IMG/VR virus record: IMGVR_UViG_3300005549_000002
Location: 8,613-72,612 of that record
DNA: 64,000 nucleotides
Reading direction: 5' to 3' (one strand)
Source of the DNA: a virus
Numbering within the stretch: the first letter of the stretch is position 1; each line of letters starts with the position of its first letter. A program made the position numbers and the translations under genes. Shown here piece by piece: positions 48,031 to 57,089 of the stretch. Below the pieces are notes generated by a model. That model saw nothing but the letters and a program-made list of their open reading frames with translations. It searched no databases and had not been told where the DNA came from.

Positions 48031-49460
48031 CGGCAGCGCGCGATCGCTACGCCGAGGACCGCCAGGCGCCCGTCGCTGGGCGTATTCCCCAGCACGATCT
48101 CGACGCCGAGGCGGCGGTGCTGTCGGCCATGCTGCTCGAGCAAGAGGCTGCCGATCTCGTCATTCCCATCTTGCGCGCCGAGCACTTTTACTCCGAAGCG
48201 AATCGCCGCATCTACGAAGCCGCGCTCGAGCTCGTGCACGAGGGCAAGCCCATCGACGTCGTGACCGTCGCGGGGCGCCTTCGCGACAAGGACAGGCTCG
48301 CGCAGGTCGGCGGCAGTGCGTACTTGGCAGGGCTCGTCGACGCCGTCCCGTCCGTCGCGCACATCGAAACGTACGCCGCGACGATTGTCGACAAGGCGCG
48401 CCTGCGCGCGCTCTGCACGCTTTGCCAGACCGTCGCCGCGGAAGCTTACGGGCACCGAGGACCTGCAGCGGAGCTCATTGAGACCGCCGAGCGCGGCATC
48501 TTCGATCTGTCGAGCCAAGACACGAGCCACGACTTCGTCGACATCGGCGAGCCGGTCGGCGCTGCGTTCGACCACCTGATGGATCTCGCCCGCCGAGGCG
48601 AGCGCATGGTCGGCCAGTCGACCGGGTTTTTCCGCCTCGATTCGAAGACGGCGGGCCTGCACGACGGCGATCTCACCATCGTCGCCGCGCGCCCTGGCAT
48701 GGGCAAAACGTCGCTCGTGCTCGACATCGCGCAGCACGTCGCGGGGCTCGACGTCGACCCGCTGCGCGGCGTTGCCATCTTCTCGCTCGAGATGCCGAAG
48801 GAGCAGCTCGCCATGCGGATGATGTGCTCGCGCGCGAGCGTCTCGGTGAACCGTCTTCGCCACGGGCACATCTCGGGCGACGAGTGGGACCGCCTCGCGC
48901 TCGCAGCGAACGAGCTTCGCCAGATGCCGATCTTCATCCTCGACAAGCCGGGGCTCACGCTCATCCAATTGCGCAGCGGCCTACGGAAACTCATCCGAGA
49001 AAAGAAACGCGCGGGCACGCTGATCCGCGTCGTCGCCGTCGACTACCTGCAGCTCATGCACGGCGCCGGAAAATCGCGCGAAGAAGTCATCGCTGGGCTG
49101 TCGGCGGGGCTGAAAGAGATTGCCAAGGAATTCGAGCTGCCCGTCGTCGCGCTCGCGCAGCTCAACCGCGCCCCCGAAACGCGCGGCGGCAAGGACAAGC
49201 GCCCGCAGCTTTCGGATTTGCGCGAGTCGGGCGCCGTCGAGCAGGACGCGGACAACGTCATCTTCGTTTACCGCGAGGACTACTACGACAAGCGCACCGA
49301 GAAAAAAGATCTCGCCGAGCTCATCGTGGCCAAACAGCGCAATGGCCCGACGGGCAGAACGCTCTGCCGCTTTCGCGGCCCCTTCACGCGATTCGAAAAC
49401 CTCGCGAGCGGCGAGGAGCCCGACGACTCCGACGAACCCGACGACGACAGCGCAGCATAA
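48027..49460 (+). CDS. dnaB: Replicative DNA helicase
   Basis: AARPGMGKT, FSLEM, VDYLQL, LAQLNR, DLRESGAVEQDAD, KQRNGPTG. Confidence 0.95.
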   Translation: MTAARDRYAEDRQAPVAGRIPQHDLDAEAAVLSAMLLEQEAADLVIPILRAEHFYSEANRRIYEAALELVHEGKPIDVVTVAGRLRDKDRLAQVGGSAYLAGLVDAVPSVAHIETYAATIVDKARLRALCTLCQTVAAEAYGHRGPAAELIETAERGIFDLSSQDTSHDFVDIGEPVGAAFDHLMDLARRGERMVGQSTGFFRLDSKTAGLHDGDLTIVAARPGMGKTSLVLDIAQHVAGLDVDPLRGVAIFSLEMPKEQLAMRMMCSRASVSVNRLRHGHISGDEWDRLALAANELRQMPIFILDKPGLTLIQLRSGLRKLIREKKRAGTLIRVVAVDYLQLMHGAGKSREEVIAGLSAGLKEIAKEFELPVVALAQLNRAPETRGGKDKRPQLSDLRESGAVEQDADNVIFVYREDYYDKRTEKKDLAELIVAKQRNGPTGRTLCRFRGPFTRFENLASGEEPDDSDEPDDDSAA

Positions 49461-49478
49461 CCCAAGGAGAGCCCCAAA

Positions 49479-49964
49479 ATGAAACCGATCCTTCATCGTG
49501 TTGGCGAGAAACTCACCGCAGGCGAGCGCGACAAACTGCTTATCGAACTCGCCGAGGCGCGGCTCGAGTGGACGCGCATCAAGGACGAGAAACGCGAAGA
49601 AGACCGCACCTACAACGAGCAGATGAACCTGCTCGACGACAAGATCCAGCTGCTCGCCGAGTCCGCGCGCGACAATAAGAAATACGAGGACGTCGAGGTG
49701 CGGCTCGAGCCCGACGACGTGGCGGAAGAGATCACGATCTACCGCCTCGACAACGACGAGAAGATCCTGACGCGCCCGATGGACCCGGACGAGTGCGACG
49801 AGGCGGCGAAGCGGCGCAAGAACCCGACGCTGCCGTTCGTCGGCGCCGCCAAGCGAAAAACCATCTACGACGAGCCGCCCGATCGCCTGAAACACAACGG
49901 GCAGGAGCTGCAGAAGGTCAAGCGCGCGAAGGGGAGGGGCAAGGGCAAGGAGGTGCGGCCGTGA
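49479..49964 (+). CDS. Hypothetical protein
   Basis: AAGGAG RBS; coiled coil. Confidence 0.55.
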   Translation: MKPILHRVGEKLTAGERDKLLIELAEARLEWTRIKDEKREEDRTYNEQMNLLDDKIQLLAESARDNKKYEDVEVRLEPDDVAEEITIYRLDNDEKILTRPMDPDECDEAAKRRKNPTLPFVGAAKRKTIYDEPPDRLKHNGQELQKVKRAKGRGKGKEVRP

Positions 49965-50890
49965 ACTTCGCCGTCGTGATCTACCACGAGCACTGCGTCG
50001 ACGGTTTCACCGCCGCGTGGGTCGCGTGGTCGCAGCTCGGCGACGGGGCAGCGTACGTGCCCGCAAAATACGGGAGCAAGCCGCCCGACGTCGCGGGCAA
50101 GGACGTACTCGTGCTCGACTTCAGCTACCCGCGCGAGGTGCTGCTCGACATGGCGGGCAAGGCGCGCACGCTGCGCGTCCTCGATCACCACGCGAGCGCG
50201 CAACGCAACCTCGCCGGGCTCACCTTCTGCAAATTCGACATGGAGCGCAGCGGCGCGGGGCTCGCTTGGGACGAGCTCTGTCCCGACGCGCCGCGCCCGC
50301 TGCTCGTCAACCTCGTCGAGGATCGCGATCTCTGGCGCTTCAAACTGATGGACTCGAAAGCGCTGAGCGCGTGGATCAGCGTGCAGCCGCGCGAGTTCGA
50401 ACGCTGGGACGAGCTCGAGGTAGAGCTCCTTGGCGACTATGCCGGCTGCGTCGCCAAGGGCAACGCGATCCTCGATCACATCGCGGCGTACATCGACGCG
50501 ACGGCGAAGAACGCGCGCATGATGGACGTGCTCGATCACTACGTGCCGGTCGTCAACGCGCCCGGCATGATGGCGTCTGAGCTCGTCGGGCACCTCGCCG
50601 AGAATGCGGATTTTGCGGTGGGGTGGTTTCAGCGCGTCGACGGCCGCTACCAATATTCGCTGCGCTCGCGAGGCGACGTCGACGTCGCCGAGATTGCCGA
50701 GACGTTCGGCGGCGCGGGGCACCGGGGCGCGGCGGGTTTCGATTCCATCATGCCGCCCTCGTGGCTGTTCGACGACAAGCCGCGCGAGCGCGACACCGAC
50801 AGACCGCCGGCGCAAGGCGAGGAGCCGCTCTCGCCCGAGTACATCGGAAAACTCGTCGGCGTCGACCGCGGCAGGGAGGGTGCGCCGTGA
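49961..50890 (+). CDS. DHH/DHHA1 phosphoesterase
   Basis: YHEHCVDG, LDFS, LDHH, EDRDLW, YSLRS, GGAGHRGAAG. Confidence 0.88.
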   Translation: MNFAVVIYHEHCVDGFTAAWVAWSQLGDGAAYVPAKYGSKPPDVAGKDVLVLDFSYPREVLLDMAGKARTLRVLDHHASAQRNLAGLTFCKFDMERSGAGLAWDELCPDAPRPLLVNLVEDRDLWRFKLMDSKALSAWISVQPREFERWDELEVELLGDYAGCVAKGNAILDHIAAYIDATAKNARMMDVLDHYVPVVNAPGMMASELVGHLAENADFAVGWFQRVDGRYQYSLRSRGDVDVAEIAETFGGAGHRGAAGFDSIMPPSWLFDDKPRERDTDRPPAQGEEPLSPEYIGKLVGVDRGREGAP

Positions 50891-51017
50891 GCCCGTGGGT
50901 CTGGAAGTGCTGGCGGCTTGCATGGACGGAGTTCGGCGACATGCGGCAGGGCGAGATGAGCAGCGGCGGCGGCAACGTCTGGCGGCGCGTCGTTTTCGGC
51001 CTCTGGTGGAGGACGTC

Positions 51018-51371
51018 ATGAGGGTCATCTACATCGCGGGACCGTTTCGCGGCGCAAGCACGTGGGACATCGAGTGCAACGTACGGCGCGCGGAAGCGGT
51101 CGCGCTCGAAGTCGCCAAGCTCGGCGCGATGCCGCTCTGTCCGCACACCAACACGCGCTTTTTCCACGGGCAGCTCGACGACGCGTTCTGGCTCGGCGGC
51201 ACGCTCGAGCTCATGCGCCGGTGCGATGCGTTGCTCCTGCTCCCCGACTGGGAGCGCTCGTCGGGCACGCGCGGCGAGAAGACGGCGGCGGAGGGCACCA
51301 GCATGCCCATCTTCTCGAGCCTCGGCGATCTCGAATGGTGGCTGAAGAACGACGGGAGGGAAGTCGGATGA
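51018..51371 (+). CDS. DUF4406/nucleoside deoxyribosyltransferase-like protein
   Basis: IYIAGPF..CPH..CDALLLLPDWERSSGTRGE. Confidence 0.75.
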   Translation: MRVIYIAGPFRGASTWDIECNVRRAEAVALEVAKLGAMPLCPHTNTRFFHGQLDDAFWLGGTLELMRRCDALLLLPDWERSSGTRGEKTAAEGTSMPIFSSLGDLEWWLKNDGREVG

Positions 51372-51607
51372 GCGCCAAATGCAATTCGTGCGATGCGCCC
51401 ATCATCTGGGCGCTGACGGAGAACGGCAAGCGCATGCCCGTCGACGCCGAGCCCGTGCGCGATGGCAATATCGTGCTCGAGCACCATGGCCAACGCGTCA
51501 CCGCCATCGTGCGCGACGCGATGCTGCCGGGCCTCGAGCCGCTCTACAAATCCCATTTCGCAACGTGCCCGAACGCGAGCACGCATCGAAGGACGACAGG
51601 AAAGTGA
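51368..51607 (+). CDS. Small zinc-binding phage protein
   Basis: CNSCDAPIIW..GKRMPVD..SHFATCP. Confidence 0.6.
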   Translation: MSAKCNSCDAPIIWALTENGKRMPVDAEPVRDGNIVLEHHGQRVTAIVRDAMLPGLEPLYKSHFATCPNASTHRRTTGK

Positions 51608-52186
51608 TGACAAGCGCCGAAACCTGGTTCGAGCTCGCCGAGCGCGAGTTCGAAAGCATCGTCGACGCCGAGGACGACGCGGCGAGGGCGGCGGTCGGCC
51701 ATGCTCGATCTGCACGACGGCAACGGCTTCGCGTCGAAGCTCTCGCAGGAAACCGCCGAGGAATACCGCAAGAGCATGCGCATCGTGAAGGAGCTGCAGT
51801 GCATCGACGCGGCCGCGCAAGAGGAGCCGACAGCGCCACCGACGGGGCTCGCATGAACCCCGGGCTCCTGCTCGTTTGCACGTTCTTTGTCGCCGGCCCC
51901 CTCGTCGGCATCCTGCTCGCGCTGCTCGAGATCGCTGCCGAGCTCCGAATCCACAACAACAACCGACGGGGCGAGCCATGAGCAAACGAAGCGAGGACAC
52001 GGAGGTGCTCGAACAGATTCGCCGCAAGGGATGCCGCTGGCCACACTGCAGGCAAGAAGCGAAGGTCACCAGAGTTTCTGCGCTTGACGCCTCCGACGGA
52101 TTCTCGGTGCCCCTCTGCGTCGAGCATGCCGCTGAGGGCGATCGCCTCGGATATTGGGAACCGTACGAAACGGAGCCGAGGGAACC

Positions 52187-52816
52187 ATGAAAGACTGGAC
52201 ACGACCGCGGCAGACCAAGCTCGCGCTCATCCCGGGGCAGCGCGTCGACGACGACGACGCCACCATTCCGGCGCTCGGCGATTCGATGCCGATCGCGACG
52301 AGGGCGCCGCCGAACCCGCCGCAGGTCGTCTTCACCGTGCCGGGCGATCCCGTCCCGTGCTCGCGCCCGCGCGCGGTGCCGCTCATGCGCGACGGCAAGG
52401 CCGTCCTCGGGCCCGGCGGGCGGCCCATCATCACCGCCTTCACGCCGACGGAAACCCGTCACTACGAGCAGCACGTCCAGCGCCACGCGCGCGCGGCGTT
52501 CGAGCATTGCGACGACTGGCGGCGCGTCTACGCGAAGAAAGAGGCGGTGCGCATCCACATGCACATCGTCCGCCGGCACTGGCGCGGCGACTGGGACAAC
52601 TTCGCGAAAGGCATCGCCGACGGCATTGCCAATAGCGGGCTCGTCTTCTTCAACGACAACCGGATCACCGAGGCGCTCATCTCGATGCGCACCGATCCGG
52701 ACGACGAACCGCGCGTCGAGGTGAAGGTCGAGCGCGCGACCAAGGATCTGCGGATGCAATTGTGGATGCAAATCGCGCTCGAGAACGGCTGGACGCCGCC
52801 GGCGAGGCCCGCGTGA
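52187..52816 (+). CDS. RusA-like Holliday junction resolvase
   Basis: FTVPGDPVP..RPR, DWDNFAKGIADG, FNDNRI. Confidence 0.75.
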   Translation: MKDWTRPRQTKLALIPGQRVDDDDATIPALGDSMPIATRAPPNPPQVVFTVPGDPVPCSRPRAVPLMRDGKAVLGPGGRPIITAFTPTETRHYEQHVQRHARAAFEHCDDWRRVYAKKEAVRIHMHIVRRHWRGDWDNFAKGIADGIANSGLVFFNDNRITEALISMRTDPDDEPRVEVKVERATKDLRMQLWMQIALENGWTPPARPA

Positions 52817-53136
52817 TGGCGCTCTCCCCCTTTTCCATGCACAAGGCTCGCCAGCGCGCGCTCGACGCCGCGCTCGAAGCCAAGCGCGGGCTCGATGCGA
52901 CCAGGTGGGTGGTCACCGTGGGCGTTTTCATCGGGCAGCTCGCGCGCGTCTGGAACGAGACGCTCACCGGCGCTCGCCTGGCGCTCTGCCTCGGCGTGCC
53001 CTTTTTTTCCTTGCTCGTGATGTCGAGCGCGCAAGCCATCTGGGCCCGGCGGGCGGCGCGGCGGATCGAAACGTACTGGCCGCTGCCGCCGCTGCCGAAG
53101 CTGCACCTCGGAGACGACGATGAGAACGACGAATGA
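52816..53136 (+). CDS. Small membrane protein
   Basis: Two hydrophobic segments; coupled. Confidence 0.4.
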   Translation: MALSPFSMHKARQRALDAALEAKRGLDATRWVVTVGVFIGQLARVWNETLTGARLALCLGVPFFSLLVMSSAQAIWARRAARRIETYWPLPPLPKLHLGDDDENDE

Positions 53137-53368
53137 CATTTACGACAAGCTCGCCGCGCACATCAAGCACTGGCGCAAGATCAAGGGCAAGGGCTTTAAC
53201 GCCAACCCGTTCGCCGAGCTGAACGAAAAGGTGCGCTGGCTCTGCTCGTACGCCGACGGACAGGAGAAAGTGCTGCTGCGATTCCTCTTGCGGCTCGAAA
53301 CGATCGGATTGGAGCAGACGAAACGCGCGCTGAAACCACGCGCGACGAAAGGAAGGGGAGCGACGTAA
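53120..53368 (+). CDS. Hypothetical basic protein
   Basis: GGAG RBS; 82 aa. Confidence 0.45.
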   Translation: MRTTNDIYDKLAAHIKHWRKIKGKGFNANPFAELNEKVRWLCSYADGQEKVLLRFLLRLETIGLEQTKRALKPRATKGRGAT

Positions 53369-53407
53369 GCAGCACGCAAAACGGTAACGGCAAGGAGGAT
53401 AGGGACC

Positions 53408-53980
53408 ATGCAAAAGATAAAACTGCGACTGAACGGTGTGCGACCTCTCATGATGCACAACGGGCGACTCGCCGACCCGATGAACGAATACGTGCGCGAG
53501 ATGAAGAAGATTACCGGCAAGGGCAAAAAGAAAACGGACGATGACCTTCTCAAGCTGCGCTGGCTCGAATGGCGTGGTGGCCTCTACGTCGATGAGAAGG
53601 GTGCGCCGTGCATGCCCGGGGACAACATCCACGCAGCGCTGGTCGAGGGTGCGCGCAAGCAGCGCCTCGGCAAAGACGTCGATGCGGCGATCATGGTGGA
53701 TGAGCCCGAGTTCCCGCTCAAGTACGAGGGAACGCGAGACGTGCAAAAGCTCTACGACGATCCGCGGTTCGTCGACGTGCGTGGCGCCGTCGTTGGCAAA
53801 GCGCGCATCATGCGAACGCGGCCGATCTTCCGGAATTGGTCCCTCGACATCGAGGTGAATTTCGACCCATCGCTCGTGAACGAGGCGCAGGTCATCGAGG
53901 CTGCACGCGCATGCGGAGAGCAGATCGGTCTCGGCGATAACACGCCGCGCTTTGGTCGCTTCTTGGTCGAGCAGATTTGA
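53408..53980 (+). CDS. Stand-alone RAMP/Cas7-like RNA-binding protein (candidate effector)
   Basis: Three RAMP-type motifs: N-terminal strand LRLNGVRPLMMH, PCMPGDNIHAAL (cf. P.IPGSSLKG), C-terminal Gly loop IGLGDNTPRFGRF; AAGGAGG RBS. Confidence 0.65.
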   Translation: MQKIKLRLNGVRPLMMHNGRLADPMNEYVREMKKITGKGKKKTDDDLLKLRWLEWRGGLYVDEKGAPCMPGDNIHAALVEGARKQRLGKDVDAAIMVDEPEFPLKYEGTRDVQKLYDDPRFVDVRGAVVGKARIMRTRPIFRNWSLDIEVNFDPSLVNEAQVIEAARACGEQIGLGDNTPRFGRFLVEQI

Positions 53981-53982
53981 GC

Positions 53983-54385
53983 ATGGCGGTGCGTGGCGCG
54001 GCGATGCGTGTCATGGTCGGACCAGGTCGGGTCAGGCGACGCAAGGCATGGAGTTCTCGGCTATCGGAAGGTGGCCGTGAGCTCTGTGGTTGGGTTTGGC
54101 GTGGCGGTGCACGTCAAGGCGGGTCTCGGCAGGGCGCAGCATGGCAAGGAGCTGTCCGCGATCGAGAGATTGCGAACAGCACTGTTGGTGCGGTCGGGAT
54201 GGGTCTGGTTGGGCAGGGCCAGGATGGGCATGTCCAGTCCCGTCATGGCTCGGTTTGGCAGGAGTTTGGCAAGGAGCGATCGCCCGTTCGAGAGGATGGG
54301 CGGTTGCACTATGGCGGTGCGTGGCCTGGCTCTGTTGGCCGTGGCGCGATCGGTCGCGGAAGGGCAGGGCGCGGCAAGTTGAGGA
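53983..54385 (+). ncRNA. Array of four NN-GGY pentamer tracts separated by GNRA hairpins (candidate guide RNAs)
   Basis: Tracts 53983-54052, 54086-54150, 54185-54275, 54311-54385; hairpins 54051-54084 (GGAA), 54151-54180 (GAGA), 54276-54307 (GAGA). Confidence 0.75.
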
Positions 54386-54405
54386 GCTGTCAACAGTCGA
54401 CGAGC

Positions 54406-54596
54406 CGAACTCGTGGTGAACGCGTGGGGACGTCTAAGCTCGGGCCTGACGACGTCCGCGCGGTACTCGGGCTCCACGATGTCGGCGCCATGCGCAAGGA
54501 CATAGCTGAGCTGTTCGGAATAGCCGGCAAGTCCGTGGAGCGAATCGTCTATTTGGCGTCACGTGGAAGCACATCCACGAGGAGCGGAGCCGATGA
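54406..54596 (+). pseudogene. Frameshifted C-terminal remnant of an HNH endonuclease
   Basis: RGERVGTSKLGPDDVRAV..KDIAELFGI..RIVY, then GVTWKHI in another frame (shift at 54553-54554). Confidence 0.55.
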
Positions 54597-54775
54597 CCGC
54601 GAAGAAGCGCAAACCGAGTGAGGTGGAGGTGGTTGCGATGGCGATGTGGGCGCAAGGCAACTGGCATCATATGGCCCCGCCGCAGATTGAATGGCGACAG
54701 CGGCCGCTGGGCACAAGGGCGATGTATCGCGGCTTCGCTCGCGCATTCCTCCGCGCACTGAGGGGGGCTACTTGA
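54593..54775 (+). CDS. Small hypothetical protein
   Basis: GGAG RBS; ATGA overlap with the HNH remnant stop. Confidence 0.45.
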   Translation: MTAKKRKPSEVEVVAMAMWAQGNWHHMAPPQIEWRQRPLGTRAMYRGFARAFLRALRGAT

Positions 54776-54793
54776 CCGCCGCCGAAACCAGAC

Positions 54794-54928
54794 GCGCGTT
54801 CGAGAGACTGCGGGCAGCGCCTGTGGTGTCGGTCGCTTGGCGGGGTTGGCTCTGGTCCGGCATGCTCGGGCATGTCCCGGCACGGCTCCGGCAGGTCCGG
54901 GCATGGCACGGCGTGGCAAGGCGAGGGC
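54794..54928 (+). ncRNA. Fifth NN-GGY unit preceded by a GAGA-loop hairpin
   Basis: 17 pentamers 54837-54922 with one 1-nt slip; lead-in CTGTGGT identical to unit 2. Confidence 0.65.
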
Positions 54929-54955
54929 CTTCGCCGGCGTTGAAAGGAATCGACA

Positions 54956-55435
54956 ATGAACGAATCGGTCAAAGTAGCACTTGTTCACCCGATAGACTTC
55001 GAGTCGATCCGAAAGGGCGACGCCATCGGGCAAGCACAGATCGAGATCATTTCGCAGGTGCGCTACTCGGAAGATCCCGAGCGGTATCGAATCGAGCAGA
55101 TGCAACTGAAAGGACAGATTGAGCAGCATCGACCCGATCTCGCAGTGGTCATGTCACGGCGATGCCTGCGCGTGCTCACCGATCCGGAGCTCGTCGGCTA
55201 TCGGCAAACACGTCAGGAGCGCGACGTTCGATCGCTGAAACGCAACGTTGCCCTCGGCGCTCGCGTCGACCGATCGCAGCTTGGTGAGACCGAAGTGAGA
55301 CGTGCCGATTGTCTCGACATGCACATCGCGGTGAGCGCCATCGAAGCGGATCGGAATCTGCGGGAGTCGAGAAAGAAGATTCGTGAACTGGACGCGCCCC
55401 CGGAAACGGCTCGTCTGCAAGGGAGGACGCAATGA
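54956..55435 (+). CDS. Hypothetical protein, possible partner of the RAMP/array module
   Basis: AAAGGA RBS right after the fifth tract; codon style like the RAMP gene. Confidence 0.55.
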   Translation: MNESVKVALVHPIDFESIRKGDAIGQAQIEIISQVRYSEDPERYRIEQMQLKGQIEQHRPDLAVVMSRRCLRVLTDPELVGYRQTRQERDVRSLKRNVALGARVDRSQLGETEVRRADCLDMHIAVSAIEADRNLRESRKKIRELDAPPETARLQGRTQ

Positions 55436-55716
55436 CGATACTCGTGACCATCAAACTGCTGGAAGCGTCGCCGGCGAGCACCGCAACGGCGTACGTCGAC
55501 GATCACACGGTCGCGTGGGCGACCGAAATACGGCCCGAGCGCGCCGTGCGCGAGTGCATGAAACTCACCCGCGCCGTCGTCCTTGGCGAGCTGCGCTTCG
55601 CGCTGCCGTTCTGCGGCAAGCGCTTCCACGTGCCGTGGTGGGAAAAACGCGCGCGCGTTTCGCTGCGCGACGCGGCGCGCCTGCGCAAGAGGGGGCTCGC
55701 CCCGGCGGTGACATGA
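55432..55716 (+). CDS. Hypothetical protein
   Basis: GGAGG RBS, ATGA overlap. Confidence 0.45.
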   Translation: MTILVTIKLLEASPASTATAYVDDHTVAWATEIRPERAVRECMKLTRAVVLGELRFALPFCGKRFHVPWWEKRARVSLRDAARLRKRGLAPAVT

Positions 55717-56312
55717 CGCTAGCAGCGCGCCGACGAGCGACGGGCACGCTCTCGGCGGCGCAGGAGACGGCGCTCCGAAAGTACTTTCGGCGCAGCGATG
55801 ATCTCAGCGCGGCCTCGTCGTCCACCGGCGCCATGCTCGAGCGACAGAGCTCGAAGTACCGCGATTCGGAGGGGCATCGCATCGCGGCAGCCGAGAGCTG
55901 GGTGTACATGCACCTGCACGAGGACCACACCAAGAGCGAGCCGAGCTACACGCCCGAGTACGGCGAGTTCCTCGGCGTCGCTGCCCTCTCGCGCCAGCTC
56001 ATGGGGCTCTCGATGATCCACCACGCGGCGCTCGAGTGCTTTTACGGCACCGTCGGGATGCACTGGGAACAAATCTTCGAACGCTCGCGCGAGATCGGCA
56101 GCATCTACCACCTGACCGAGACGGGGCAGCGGCTCGTCGTCGCGTCGAACCTCGTCGGGCACGCCCCCCACCGCGTCATCGAGGATCTCTTGCGCGGGCA
56201 GGAGGGTACGCCGACCGAGGAGCGCGATCGCGACATCCGCCGCATGGACGAGGAGGCGCGCGAGCTGCTCGCCGACGCCAGAGGAGCATTTGCCAAACTT
56301 GCATGCGGCTGA
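55713..56312 (+). CDS. Hypothetical protein (possible late transcription regulator)
   Basis: Coupled ORF near end of early rightward operon. Confidence 0.4.
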   Translation: MTLAARRRATGTLSAAQETALRKYFRRSDDLSAASSSTGAMLERQSSKYRDSEGHRIAAAESWVYMHLHEDHTKSEPSYTPEYGEFLGVAALSRQLMGLSMIHHAALECFYGTVGMHWEQIFERSREIGSIYHLTETGQRLVVASNLVGHAPHRVIEDLLRGQEGTPTEERDRDIRRMDEEARELLADARGAFAKLACG

Positions 56313-56515
56313 AGCGCAAGCGCGTCCCCGCGTACGTTTCGATCCGCGCCTGTGCGGATCTGGCGGGCTGCCATCACACGACGATGCGCAACTGGGCGAA
56401 GGCGGAAGGCGTGCTGGTGAACCGCGCCGGGCGCGATCGCATCTCGACCGATCGGCTGCGCAAGGCCTTCCCGGAAATCTACGAGCGCGTCGCCGACGAG
56501 GCGTTCGGCGGCTGA
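56303..56515 (+). CDS. Small HTH protein (excisionase/MerR-like)
   Basis: YVSIRACADLAGCHHTTMRNW. Confidence 0.55.
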   Translation: MRLKRKRVPAYVSIRACADLAGCHHTTMRNWAKAEGVLVNRAGRDRISTDRLRKAFPEIYERVADEAFGG

Positions 56516-57089
56516 CGTTCGAGCTCGCACCCGGGTGCGCGACGTGAACCTATCTTGCAAGCGCTTGCGTTGCCCGTCAACTTATCCAGAGGGTCAGGAC
56601 GTGGTTCTCGAAGTCGCTCCACGCCCAGATGGCAAGCGCGGCGGCGCCGACGAGTAATCAGCGGGCGGCATGGAGGAACCAGTAGCGCGGAGCGATTCGC
56701 GAATCACGAAAGTCCGCGCAGCGCAAGGTGTTTCACGTGGCACTTGCTAGGACGGACGGAAACGTTCCAGTTTGGTCAAAACGGCTAGCTTGGCCAATTC
56801 CGGCAAAACCCGTTTTGCATAAGGGAAAGGGCAGCGTGGCTCAGGAAGCCCCAACGCTGCCTCCTGACGCCCCGCTCAAACCGCCCGTGCTCCTCCACCG
56901 CCCCTTCGCCGCCCTTGCCCAGGTCCGCCTCTTGGTGCCGGCAACGAGCCGCCCTGTCGATTCGTCGCAAGGCCGACCCGGCGCCGCTCGTCTCGGCTTA
57001 ACGCGGCGCGGCGAAGGCTCGTCGTCGCGCGACATCCAGGCCGTCCGCGCCGAGGAGATCCGCCGCGGCGCCCGCCGCCCGGTGCTCTG

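Noticed and set aside
53977-54621. 214-aa ORF spanning the pentamer array, plus overlapping ORFs such as 54691-55122
   Set aside because: G/R/A/W-rich read-through of a 5-nt periodic tract; the period is incompatible with codon structure and the hairpins indicate RNA function
53983-54928. Classical CRISPR array
   Set aside because: No identical 23-50-bp direct repeats with unique spacers and no cas1/cas2; the organisation is pentamer tracts plus variable hairpins
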